A stretch of DNA of 49,565 bases, counting the filler, from Jimgerdemannia flammicorona (lineage: Eukaryota), in assembly GCA_003990765.1 (NCBI GenBank). It is 2 parts of 2 records of this genome, joined end to end, with 100 filler letters (N's around TTAATTAATTAA, not from the genome) between each part and the next. Parts side by side here need not be neighbours in the genome. Positions count along the whole stretch, not along the records: positions 1 to 24,735 come from RBNJ01000934.1; positions 24,836 to 49,565 come from RBNJ01000935.1. One strand, given 5' to 3'. Shown here piece after piece: positions 13,492-25,190 of this stretch. The notes below the pieces were generated by a model, which did no database searches, had not been told where the DNA came from, and saw only the letters and a list, made by a program, of their open reading frames with translations. Position numbers and translations under genes: made by a program. Numbering within the stretch: the stretch's first letter is position 1; every line of letters begins with the position of its first letter.

Positions 13492-15153
13492 GGTGAATAT
13501 TGGAAAGGTGTGGCAAAGATTCCTTGCAACATGAGTTCGTTTTAAATTTTTCCCATAAACCCCCGATCCACGGTACGATAAACAGTGTCCAGGGTACGCA
13601 ATACTCATTTCAACGCCGACCTCTTGAGCTCTTTGAGTCGATAACGTAACATTCGTTATTTTACAGATTCTGTTTGTTTCAAGCTTCAACGGAAATTCCT
13701 ATTTCTTACCGTTGTGTTCATTCAAGGCACGGTGCACACCTAAAGAATGTCCCGTGTAACTTCCGCTTTTGCTATGCATGGTCGGGAATCTAAAAATGGG
13801 TATCGCTTCCTAAATTCAACCTGGGCCCTCTACAATGCCAACGACGGTCACAGAGAATCTAAGCTGGCGAGCTCAGAACATCCCTTTCCGCTATGCCACG
13901 TTTCAGCTTGTATATTGTTATTATTGTTATTCAAATGCCTATCTATTATACGAGTCCTTGTGTCACGTAATAAGTGCTTCCAAAATATTCCCATACAAAA
14001 GTGCCCAAGATGGAATTTTCGATACTCAAAAGCATCCAAATTCCCAGAGCCCCTGCAGGATGCTGACCATGTCGGATGTGCCGGTTGAGTTATTGTTTCT
14101 TCGACAAACGGTCAATAGGTGCCCGGGTTAGTGTAAATAAAGGAATCTATCAAATCTGGCAATCGTTCCCTCAATCTCGCATTGGCCCACACATTGATGT
14201 TCGAAAAAGCTCTGACGTTGGGCGTCAATCAAATCTTGCATAACTTGTCATTTTTCCTACTCTCACGCTATCATTAATGACAAGTTCATTGACACCACAC
14301 TGCGCTTTTAACAGACAGATGAGCGAGTTTTTCACACTACCACGCCAGGATACAGATTGCAGGTTGTACAATGGAAGGTAGTGCCGTTTCATACAACCTT
14401 GCTCTTTTTGACTATTTCCGATGAATTAGACTCTTTGACGTAAAAAATTTCCGTCAAATGCAAAACAAGCGACTGGTTACATCATGGGTTCCGATGTAAT
14501 TACAATATATGTGAATGGAATAACGTAATTGGTCAGCGTGCTGACTTGGTACGGGTGAGCCTATCTCAGTATGGCGCTGTCACTGACTGAAATAGGTCTG
14601 CCAGCCGATCACAACCTTGCGGGCTCTGATCTCTACGCATATATTCATTGTGTGTAGGTGTATTTTATCACATTTCTAGTCGTTTCAGATGGGATTGATT
14701 GAGAGTTGGTGACAACATTTGGGTATATTCATTATATATTCTGGCACTATGTCTCATCTCGAAAAGCTGTTGTCGGAGTTGGGGCGGTGTTCATTACGCT
14801 CTTCATCGCCATATCTTGTCACGCATGGTCATCATTACAGTAACGATCGTTGTGATGATGCCGTCGAAGCATGGCGTCTGGGCAATTTTTTTTTTGCGAT
14901 AATTCCCTAAGGCAATTAAGAGGTTATCTACACTATAGTTATTCAAACTTGATTATTGACCATTCAAAAATATTCCAACACTTAAGAACGAAAACGTTCG
15001 CACAATTAATGAACTCTCTTGTGCAGGAGCACAAATTTTATGTTTAACAGTTTTATGTTTAACAGTTCTGCAGTTTTGACAGAGTATTGAGTTGTGGCAG
15101 TTCCATAACCTTTGCGAACGTTCGCACCAAACGTAATGCTGAAATAGTGCTGC

Positions 15154-16098
15154 CTACACCAATTGCTTGCTGCGACTTGGCGTATACGGTGGAGGTGATG
15201 GTGACGGTGACGGTGACGGTCGTTGAATATAGTAAACAACACAGATGACGATAGCCACGGCGGCGACGACACCTACGACAATACCGATGATCATGCCGGT
15301 ATTGTTATTGGTGGTGATGTAAACGTTCTGGTTGTTATTGTTATTATTCGTGTCGCCGTTGGGCACACCCTTGGTGGCGGTGGGCGTTATGTAGACGATG
15401 AGAATTGATGTGGCCTGCGGGCTGTTTCCAGGATTTTGAGCGCTTAGCGTGTAGTCGATGGACGTGGTGGGCGTGGTGGACGTGATGGACGTGATGGACG
15501 TGATAGAGCTGGGCGTTTGAACGGGCGCGATTTGACCGGGCAAGCTGTAGTTGCCGCATTTTAGGACAGCCCACGTTAAATCAGTCTGGCCATGTACGGG
15601 AAACGGAGGCGAGGGGGGAGTGAGTTGATGAAGCATATAGATCAGAATATATGATGAATTGATTTTAGACATACTCACAGGTGGAATACTGTAGCAATAA
15701 AGACATAAGTTGACATTGGTGACCCACGCTTGCGCGCAGGGCCCCGTCGCAGGACAGGGGGCGATGTTATTCTTGCAGATGTTGATAACGTCGGCGGGTA
15801 CAGGAGTCGTCGAGAAATGGTAGGTGGCGAAGTCGTCATATTGGCTCGGGTTGCCGCATGCCAAGATAGCGTATTGGTGGACATCCTGGAAAGGGCAAGA
15901 AAGACTGTAAGCAAGTTGGTTAATTGTACGTTAGACATGGTTAAATGTTATGCGGATACTCACGGAAGTCAATCCAGCGCAGTAAAAACATGTCGCGGTG
16001 TTTATAAGCCAAGTTCTATAATAATCACAGTTACCGACGGCGCCGGTGCCAACAATCTTGCAAGCGTTTTGGTATCCGTTACAGGAGGTAACGCTCAT
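15154..16098 (-). CDS. Paralog 2, intact 257-aa membrane protein: two 6-Cys repeats, Ser/Thr/Asn stalk, TM helix, PPxY tail
   Basis: Exons 16098-15964, 15885-15679, 15585-15154; phase-0 GTGAGT..CAG introns of 78 and 93 bp; start context TTCACCATG; no internal stop; ends MIIGIVVGVVAAVAIVICVVYY-IQRPSPSPSPSPPPYTPSRSKQLV. Confidence 0.85.
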
Positions 16099-16689
16099 GG
16101 TGAATATTGAAAAGGTGTGACGAAGAATCTTGGGACGTGAGTTCGTTTTAAATTTTTCCAACAGGAAATGTGTACTACTGTCAAATGCGGTCATAATCCC
16201 GATCCACAGTTCAATAAACCATCTCAACGCTGACCTCTTGAGCTATTTGAGTTGATAACGTAACATTCGTTATTCTACAGATTCTATTTGTTTCAAGCCT
16301 CAACGGAAATTCCTATTTCTTGCCGTTGCGGTCATTCAAGCTCGGTGCACGCCTAAAGAATGTCCCGTGTTACTTCCGCTTTTGCTCTGCTTGGCCGGGA
16401 ATCTAAAAATGGATATCGCATTCTAAATTTCACCTGAGCACGTTAGGCGCCAATCAAATCTGGAGGAGGCTAAACATTACTTATCATTTTCACTGACGTC
16501 GCACACCCTTTAAACAGACAGATGAGCGAGTTTTTCATGCGGCCTTGCTCCTTTTGACTATTTCCGACGAATTAGACTCCATTCGACATGAAAAATGTAC
16601 CGTCCTATGCAAAACGAGGGACTGGTTGTATCATGGGTTTAATATATATTACGATCTACCTTGTATGGAATAATGATAATGTACTGGTC

Positions 16690-17238
16690 CCTCACCATGC
16701 TGAAATCTCCTAACGTCCTTTTCACATGGTTGGATCCCTACATGGTCATATGGCTGGGCATGTGACTTAAAGATCATCCAGCCACGTTACATAAAAAAAC
16801 ACGATCCAAAAAAACACCATGATGCTATAGACCACCCCCTACTTGAGGCAAAATTCATCAATAATATACTGTTTAAATAAATACTGGTACAACATTTCTG
16901 AGCACAAGCATAACTTGTGCCATATAGTATTAAGCAACATGAAATTCACGAAATAGTTCTTGCAAAATTGCATGTCCTCGCGAAATCGCACACCTTCACG
17001 AAATTGCCACGTCACGAAATTGCCAAACCACGTTCTATCTCAGAAGCATGCTGTCGTGAAATCACCACGTCCTGTCTTAGAAGTATACATCCGTCACGAA
17101 CTCACCACGCCTTGTCTTAGAAGTATACATCCAGTTGTATAGTAACTGAATAAAAATTGGTTTGTACTCGGTAACATCAACTAAATTTAACATACACAAA
17201 TAGGCAGGTGGAACTGAATTTCGCGCCGGCATAGTAAA
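16690..17238. mobile_element. ~550-bp insertion unique to the third repeat unit, possibly a non-autonomous DNA transposon
   Basis: The previous unit reads GTAATTGGTCAGCGTGCTG (~14525); here TGGTC appears at both 16685-16689 and 17239-17243 around unrelated sequence with internal repeats (CACGAAATTGCC, CTTAGAAGTATACATCC x2). Terminal inverted similarity is weak. Confidence 0.4.
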
Positions 17239-17882
17239 TGGTCAGCGTGCTGAATAGACACGGTATGGCGCTGGCACTAATTGAAATAGGTCTGCTGGCT
17301 GTTCACAGCCTTGCGGGCTCTGATCTCTACGGCTATATTCAATATTTATAGGTATAATGTATCCGTTTCAGATGGGAATCCATTAGTTGCCACGTAGTGA
17401 GTTTTTGACGACATTTGAATGTATTCATTATATATATTCATGTTTTTCTTTACTTAGATTCTGCGAATTACGCTTAAAGGCCGAAGAATCTTAACGCGCT
17501 TGGTCACCCATGCAGTGACGAGCATTACAATGTGGTCGTCGAAGCATGGCGTCCGGACAAAATTATATTCAAAATTTCTCTCAAGAGAATTAATGTGTCA
17601 TCTACACTACCATTATCCAAACTTGATGATATGACCTTAAAAAAAAATTCAACACTTAGAGAGCGAAGAAACTCACATAATAAATAATCTACCTTGTGCA
17701 GTAGCACACATTTTTATGTAAAGCAGCTCTGCAATTTTGACAGGGTATCGAGTTGTTGCAGTTTCATGCCTGCGAGAACATTCGCACCAAACGTAACGCT
17801 GAAATTGCACCGCTTACATTTATTGCTTGCTGCGTTTTGACGTATACCGTGGAAAATGTGATTCAGGATATTGGGAACAACA

Positions 17883-18635
17883 TTAAATTTTACCGCCAAT
17901 GATGGCTAAGGCGACGATGACACCCACGACAATACCGACGATCATGGTGGGTTTGGTGTTGGTGTTGTTAGAAAAATTCTGGTTGTTGTTGTTCGTGTTG
18001 CCGCTGCTCACACCTTTGGTGGTTGACATGTAGACCGTGGTCTTGCTGAACGCCGGAGTTGGCGCAATTTGACCCGGCAAGCTGTAGTTTCCGCATTGCA
18101 GGACAGCCCACGTTAAGTCAGTCTGGCCAAGTACGGGAAACGGAGGCGAGGCGGGAATGAGTTGATGAAGTATATAGAGCAGAAGACGTGATGACGTGAT
18201 TTGGGACATACTCACAGGTGGAATACTGTAACAATAAAGACATAAGTTGACATTGGTGACCCACGCTTGCGCGCAGGGCCCCGTCGTAGGACAGGGGGAG
18301 ATATTATTCTTGCAGATGTTAATAACGTCGGCGGGTACGGGAGTTGTCGAGAAATGGTAGGTGTCGAAGTCGTCATATTGGCCCGGGGCGCCGCATGCCA
18401 AGATAGCGTATCGGTGGACATCCTGGAAAGGGCAAGAAAGACTGTAAGCAAGTTGGTTAATTGTACGTTAGACACGGTTAAATGTTATGCGGATACTTAC
18501 GGAAGTCAATCCAGCGCAGTAAAAACATGTAGCGGCGTTTATAAGCCAACTTCTATAATAGTCACAGTTACCGACTTCGCGGGTGCCAACAATCTTGCAA
18601 GCGTTTTGGTATCCGTCGCAGGAGGTAACGCTCAT
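17883..18635 (-). CDS. Paralog 3, 193 aa, stop right after the TM helix (no cytosolic tail)
   Basis: Exons 18635-18501, 18422-18216, 18122-17883; introns 78 bp (GTAAGT) and 93 bp; ends ALAIIGGKI*; the same frame continues as relic tail CCSQYPESHFPRYTSKRSKQ*. Confidence 0.75.
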
Positions 18636-19666
18636 GGTGAATATTGAAAAGGTGTGGCGAAGATTCCTTGGGCGTGAGTTCGTTTTTAAATTTTTCCAAC
18701 AGGAAATGTGTGCCAACGTCAACCGTCAAATGCGGAAATAAACCCGATCCACGGTGCAATAAACAGCGTCCAGGTATGCAATACTCATTTCAACGCCTCT
18801 TGAGCTATTTGAGTCGATAACGTAACATTCGTTATTTTACAGATTCACGGAAATCCCTATTTCTTGCCGTTGCCGTCATTCAAAAGAATGGCGCGAATTT
18901 CTCGGTAACTTCCGCTTTTGCTCTGCATGGTCGGGAGTCTAAAAATGGATAAATTCCACCATCAAATCTGGCGAGCTCAGATCATCCCTTTACTGCGTCT
19001 CATTTTATGTGGACCCACATACCATGTTTCTGGGGAAATTTTCTGGGTGTTAGTCAGGACAAACTATTTTTAGATAATCGAGCACTTAGTAAACCCACAC
19101 ACAATTGACAGTCTATTGCCAAATGCTTGTTGTTCCGCCTATCTCATATACGAAACTGACGGAGACATTACTAACGCCTCCTAAATATTCCCATGCACAA
19201 TTTGGAATTTTCGGCACTCAAACCATCCAAGACACCAGAGCCCCGGCCCATGTCGGCTGGGTCATTGTTTCTTCGGCAAACGGTCATTAAGTACGTAAAC
19301 AGAGGAAGCTGTCAAATTTAGCAATTACGCCTACACTATAGACATCTGCCATTACTCAACTCGCATTGGATTTTTTTACGGCGCCCACACATCGATGCCC
19401 GAAATAGCGCAGGGTTTCCTTGCATTACAACATTTAGAGGTTGAATGTTGCCCGCTATAAATAATATGAGGAATATCTCCCGAAATTTATTCAATGCAAC
19501 AACATCTATTTTTTCACTATCTGTTCCACAGGGCCTGGTAATCTCGTCCAGTCTTTGCGCAATTGCCTGTGTTCAATCGAGTTATTTTATTCTTCTGATA
19601 TTAGTACACGCGGGTGCGCAGATATATCATCAGTCATGTGATTATGTAGCATAGGTCGAAGACGAC

Positions 19667-20360
19667 GTGAGGACGTATGCAGATCCATGTTCTAAAAGGT
19701 CAGGAGCTATGCCATTCAAGAACATTGCACCAAAGCACATCCATGTTGTCGTTGTGTGGCCAACCAATACGCGCGAGATATACTGCACGAAAACGTACTA
19801 CAAAACGACAAAGGGGTTTGAATGGATAGTTACGTACGTCGCAATTGCAATGGACAACCTCAAGCAAAAACTTTGTGCAGATGCTTCATCTTCCCCGTCG
19901 GTATTCAAACGACAAAAACACACATTGAAAGCTCAACGGCAACTGCAACGGCAACGGCAACGGCAACGATAACGGCAATGTCGACGACTACAAAAGCAAT
20001 GACACTGGATCAAAGTTAGAATATATTCTTGCCGACGACATGCTGATCCATGTCATGTGGACAGACGCTGCGGAAGTGGGACAGAACATAATTGTAGAGG
20101 CTTCTAAGTGCATTCGCTTTATGTGTTTTGGACTACGCTATGATTTTTGAGCCAGACTTTCGTTGCTGTGGGACCATACTGACGCGTGTATACATAATCT
20201 TTTTCTAATACAAAACCATTCTCTTCTGAACCTTCAACAAATGCCAAGTCGCTTTTCGTAATCAGCACGGATAATTATATTGACATGGAGCGGTTTCGGG
20301 CGGACTTTGTCAAACTGTCGACGGAGCGAGGCGACGACGTCTTAAATAATTATCGGCAGG
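19667..20360 (+). pseudogene. Crinkler (CRN)-like effector remnant
   Basis: PKHIHVVVVWP matches the CRN HVLVxxP junction motif, followed by EIYCTKTYYKTTKGFEWIVT..NLKQKLC, a frameshift into RCFIFPVG, and later KPFSS..AKSLFVISTDNYIDMERF, recalled as resembling fungal CRN architectures. No intact N-terminus found. Confidence 0.6.
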
Positions 20361-20539
20361 TCCGTTGGAAATGGCACAACCGTATACAGTCGTCGAACCC
20401 GAAACACCACCCACATACATGCATTCGTTTGCACGTTAATACATATTACATAGCAAGTGCATCTGGCTTCGAATTACATCACAGACCAATCGCTGCGAGT
20501 TCATATTGTGACCATCGCATCGCCGAAGCATCACATTTG

Positions 20540-21250
20540 TTGGCAGCGAGATCGTTTTCTGCAAGGCCTATAATTAAGAGCTCTCAACGTATAGTATTTG
20601 ACTGACGTGCTTTTGTTGTCCCAAATGCAAGTCAACTGAACCAAAACTCCAATCCAGGGGACACGATCTGGTGGCGACACATGCTCGTGAAACTCTTCGC
20701 TAAGCTGACGGCGACCGAGCGACATTTCGACATTGTTCGCAGACTTCCTGTAACCAACTCCTGTCAACGTCGTGCAATGGCAAGATGCATAAGCTACCAA
20801 TAAATCGCTTGTTTAATCCGATGTGGGCAATGAGTTCGATTTGTGCAAGATCTGCAATTAACAGCACTCGACGCAATATTATTCGACTGACGTATCCTTT
20901 TATTTCCCCAAAGACAAGTCAACAGAACCGAAGGCAACACTTTCCGAGGGCGACATCTCTGCTATCAAACACTTCTCGAAGCCTACAGGCCTGTCACCAA
21001 TTCTTGTCAACGACGTGCAATACTCGTACGCAGAACAACAAAAGGTATGCTGAGCTTCTACCAAGTTGATAGCGACGAGTCCGATTTGTGCAATATCTAC
21101 GATTAACAGAACCCGACGCAATATTATTTTATTCACTTGTTTATTCCTCCCCTTTTATTGTCCCAAAGGCAAGTCAACTGAACAAAGCCAACTCAAACCG
21201 ACATGTTCTGGGGGCGACTCCATCTTCCACTGGTTGGAGGCTACGACTTC
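20540..21250. repeat. Three degenerate ~255-290-bp tandem units
   Basis: Anchor CCC(A/C)AA..CAAGTCAAC at ~20628, ~20914 and ~21170, each preceded by ATTAA..CAACG/CGACG..TATT. Confidence 0.65.
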
Positions 21251-21387
21251 TTGAAATTTTATGTCATCTATTTATCTATTTATTTTATTATACATATATC
21301 AACTCCTTACCAAAAATAATAATGTTTCTTATAAACTGTTCTGGTATCAGCTATATATAGCGACCTGGTCCGATTGCGTTGAATCGT

Positions 21388-21429
21388 TGTAGGTGGCGCT
21401 ATACTAATAGACTGGTGCCAAGAAGTAGT

Positions 21430-21460
<31 letters not shown>

Positions 21461-22650
21461 CATCTTCTGTTGGGACATATGTTCTAGTGCCCATTGAGGA
21501 TATTTCAGACCGTAACCTCTTCAAGCTCGCAGACATTGTTTTGAGGTAGGTCGCGTGGAAATTAGCAGGGTGCACTATAGTGACTACACTTGATACGTAT
21601 ATTTTGTTGACTACAAGCTCGGGGCGTCGTTTTACACACACACGCCACCATTCTTCACACTTTGCTGCCCACGTCTTGCACTTCTCAGATACAGTTGGCC
21701 AAGCACCTACGTATCCTACTCCTGCATTGCCCTGGGAATGACCCCTTGGTTTACCAGATTCCTTTTGGAATGACCCTCCGCCATCCAGCGATAATTCTTC
21801 GCGTCGTAAATTTTCACCCTGGGGCAAGTCATCGCCCAGCATGAGACAGAAACTGCGTTAGGAGGAGGGGAGGAGGCGGAGGTGGGTCAGTCAGATTGTG
21901 ATTGAGTAGGAAAACGACAGGGTTCACATTCGGATGGGCATATGGTGGCGATTTAGCGACAAAATTGAATGGATACGAGTGACCCAGCGACCATGGCACC
22001 CACTCACCAAACACGAGGCGCCGGACGCGCAATTGGAATAAATTTGATGCCATGGTCGCAGGGTCGCTCGTATCCATTCTATTTTGTGGGGATCAAATAA
22101 AATAATAGACTTGGATCAGTAAGCCTGAGTGAAAAACGAGTTGCTAAATCGCCACCATATGCCCATCCGAATCTGACTGACCCGCCTCCGCCTCTCCCCC
22201 CCGCCTAACGTAGTTTCTGTCTCATGCTGGGCGACGACTTGCCCCAGGTGAAAATTTACTACCAGAAAACGATTTACGGCTAAGCGCTGAATTGCGGAGG
22301 GTCATTCCAAAAGGAATCCGGTAATGCAAGTGATCATTTCCAGGTAATGCAGGAGTACAATACTTAGCCAATTGTATGTGAGAAGTTCAAGACGTGGGCA
22401 GCAAAGTGGGAAGTATGGTGGCGTGTGTGAGAAAAAACGACGCCCCGAGCCTGTTGTAGTGCACCCGCTAATTTCCACACGACCCGAGCTTGAAGAGGTT
22501 TACGATTTTAAATATCTACAAATGCTTCGCAAAACCTGTAAAATGGCGCTAGAACGTAACTATGTCCCAATAAAGCCAAAAAAAAAAACAAAATGGTAAA
22601 GAGGAACCCACTACATCTTGGCACCGGTCAATTTTTATAGCGCCGCCTAC
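21388..22650. repeat. Long imperfect inverted repeat (arms ~21388-21960 and ~22140-22650, spacer ~180 bp)
   Basis: ATTCGGATGGGCATATGGTGGCGATTTAGC vs GCTAAATCGCCACCATATGCCCATCCGAAT; GGGGCAAGTCATCGCCCAGCATGAGACAGAAACT vs AGTTTCTGTCTCATGCTGGGCGACGACTTGCCCC; outer ends GTAGGTGGCGCTATA vs TATAGCGCCGCCTAC. Confidence 0.9.
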
Positions 22651-23249
22651 ACACTACAAACCAAGCACACCCTTTGCGCTCAAAATATATATGGAAGACG
22701 CCAATTTATCAATACTAGTTTTGACTCCCTTGCGCGCGGTTGTGGGTTTCACGTATTTTGGGTGTCATCTCCTTGGCGCGCTTGAACTAAATTTCAATGT
22801 CACGAACAATATGTTAAAATACCTTTGAATCTGTCTGTTTTTAATCTTAAGCTTAGAATAAAAAAGTGAAGGAGAGAGGTGTATGTAGAACAATATGCAA
22901 CTCATGCATGAGTTTTAACAGTAAATTGGCATGTTGGTACATAATAAATTATTCAGACAATAAGTTTTTTTTATCTCGGAAAGCAAATAATTGAGTCTAA
23001 TTAAGGTTGTAAGTAAGCTTAAATCAAACAGGATACTAGTTTGGGCACATAAGAAACACGAACTGACAGTTTGCACAATAAATAAATATCCTACAATGCA
23101 CCATCGGTTCCGTGCAAAATAAGATCGGGTTGCAATTTGTTCAGGTGAATATCTCCAACACGAGGAATTTGTGTTGGGATGGCAACCCAATATGCCGGCA
23201 CGTGACTTTACGCCCTAGATCAATATATAGCATTCATCAGGTTATGAGC

Positions 23250-24505
23250 CCTGCTTAGTGGCTAGTAAAACACCTTTAAAAATATATACTATATTAAAAT
23301 GTCAAATGAAAGTTAATTTAGTAATATATATAGATATATAAATATTAATAATATAAGTATATTATATAAGTATAGCTATAGATACTATAGTAATTAGAAA
23401 TATAGTCTTAGCTATTGTTAGTATAAATATAAGCAAGAGATCTATTTTAATCTTTGAGAGAAAAGACTATACTTTTATATAATTAAGCTTTTTAATAAAT
23501 ATATCTTAGTAATATATATAAAGCTACAAGTAGAGATCTGAGACTATAATACTATAAATAATTATTAAGTATTAAGTGAGATTATATTATCTTTACTCTT
23601 TTGAATATATAAATAAAGCTTATAATATATATTATAATAGTATATGAGATATATGAGATCTTATATATTTACTAATAATAAATATCTAATTTTATCTAAA
23701 ATTTCAACTATTTAATTTAAAAATAAAGTTTAAAAAGAATATTTATAATTATATTATTCTTATAAATAAAGTAAATTTACTAGATATATTAATAGACTTT
23801 ATTATAAATAAAGATAAGATTCTGACTATTATGAGAGATCTTTCTAAGATATATCATAATATTATTATAACCATATATAAGAACAGTAGACTTATAGACT
23901 ATAGCTATATAATAATAAGTCTTATTAATATAGAAATATATAAAAGAGATACTAATGGAAATAGCTATAATGAGAAAATCTTTAAAAGCTTCTACAGATA
24001 AGATAAAAAGAATAAGAAAAGATCAATAATAAGATTAAAAGTTTAGTAAACAATAAGCTAAGTATGATAGATATTATTATTATAATAGTAAGTATAAATA
24101 TATATAATATAATTACTATTATTAGAATAAAGATAAGTAGAGCTATAAATATAATTAATATAGAAAAATAAGAATATGGTAATATTAATATATAACTTTA
24201 TAGAAATATCAATTAAATATTTATTATACTATATGATATTCTTTATACTCTTAATTTAAAAAGAAATCTCTTTTCTATAAATAAGATAACTTATATATAA
24301 TTAATAATATTAGTATCAATATTAATTAAAACACTAATAGTGAGTATGATATCTTAATATATAATTTATAATAAAGTAGTAAATTCTTTTTAACAATATA
24401 ATAAAATATAAGTCTACTATTAAGTAAACTCAAAAATATCTAAAGTAATAATAAATAATATTTTTCTATTATAAATATTGAGATAGCAACTCAATATATT
24501 AGTAT
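23250..24505 (+). mobile_element. Heavily decayed Ty1/copia gag-protease remnant
   Basis: DILYTLNLKRNLFSINKIT at ~24235-24290 matches the copia DVLYVPxLxxNLxSVxKL motif; region is extremely AT/TpA rich. Confidence 0.55.
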
Positions 24506-24735
24506 TGTAATGTAGCGGACGCTTACTCTTGAAAGTACGTCGGATTTCTGTATCTTGAAAACTTGACTGTTCTGACTCTCGCAGAGTCTCTTGAAGTTGC
24601 AGGGAAGTGTGGGTGAGTTCGAAGTGTATCTGCCCGCAGGCTTACTAGTTCCTTTGCTATCTCTTTGCTTTGAACTATTTCGATCTGAGGTTTATTCACT
24701 CGAAGATACTGGGTTATTTATACAAGTTTGCTAGC
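24506..24735 (-). mobile_element. 3' end (TATA-R-U5) of a younger LTR, broken at the contig end
   Basis: Minus strand: TGTATAAATA, then AATAAA, ending GCGTCCGCTACATTACA; same layout as LTR-B; CpGs retained. Confidence 0.55.
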
Positions 24736-24835
24736 NNNNNNNNNNNNNNNNNNNNNNNNNNNNNNNNNNNNNNNNNNNNTTAATTAATTAANNNNNNNNN
24801 NNNNNNNNNNNNNNNNNNNNNNNNNNNNNNNNNNN
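24736..24835. other. Assembly gap with artificial six-frame-stop linker
   Basis: 44 N + TTAATTAATTAA (24780-24791) + 44 N. Confidence 0.95.
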
Positions 24836-25165
24836 TACTAAATAATGCCAGCCTTGGAACTTAGTAGTTTTAGTTATTGGAATTTATATTTAGCTTTATA
24901 CCTTAGCAACCATTGAATTATATTTTGTATAAATACCTCTCTTATTTCCTCTGAAATAAAGTTAGTTCTATCTGGTTCACTTACATACTTCCTTGCAAGC
25001 AATCTAAGAGATAACAAGACAGTTAAAGATAAGAAGTTTGAGGACTATAAGACCTTGGGAAGGCACTCCAATAAGAACTTGCTTATAACAACTTGAGTTA
25101 GTCTAAGAGATACACCTTGAAGAGAATCTGGCGTATTTGAAGGACTCAGCGACCACTACGTGACA
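24836..25165 (+). mobile_element. 3' end of an LTR-B copy nested antisense in the 3' end of gypsy copy 1
   Basis: TATAAATA, AATAAA and terminal GTGACA at 25165; first ~130 bp match ~395-525 in reverse complement. Confidence 0.65.
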
Positions 25166-25190
25166 ATAGATAGGTGCAGAGTATTTGGTT

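Larger units (their letters stand above)
11970..19270. repeat. Tandem triplication of a ~2.2-2.7 kb unit carrying the Cys-repeat gene and flanks
   Basis: Anchor ATTAGACTC..TGCAAAAC recurs at ~11988, ~14425 and ~16571; upstream and downstream flanks align across all three genes. Confidence 0.85.

Noticed and set aside
13700..13790. Upstream ATG as a possible signal-peptide exon (MHSKSGSY..)
   Set aside because: Not hydrophobic, ends in a stop, and the ATG is AAG in the intact copy 2.
12630..18647. Plus-strand and alternate-frame ORFs repeated three times (13210-13545, 15730-16110, 18267-18647; 13068-13331 and relatives)
   Set aside because: Antisense or off-frame shadows of the spliced minus-strand genes; they recur only because the DNA is triplicated.
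24736..24835. TTAATTAATTAA palindrome, and an apparent single LTR spanning 24506-25165
   Set aside because: Artificial linker between contigs; the two sides are opposite-strand LTR ends with no shared TSD, and adjacency across the gap is unproven.
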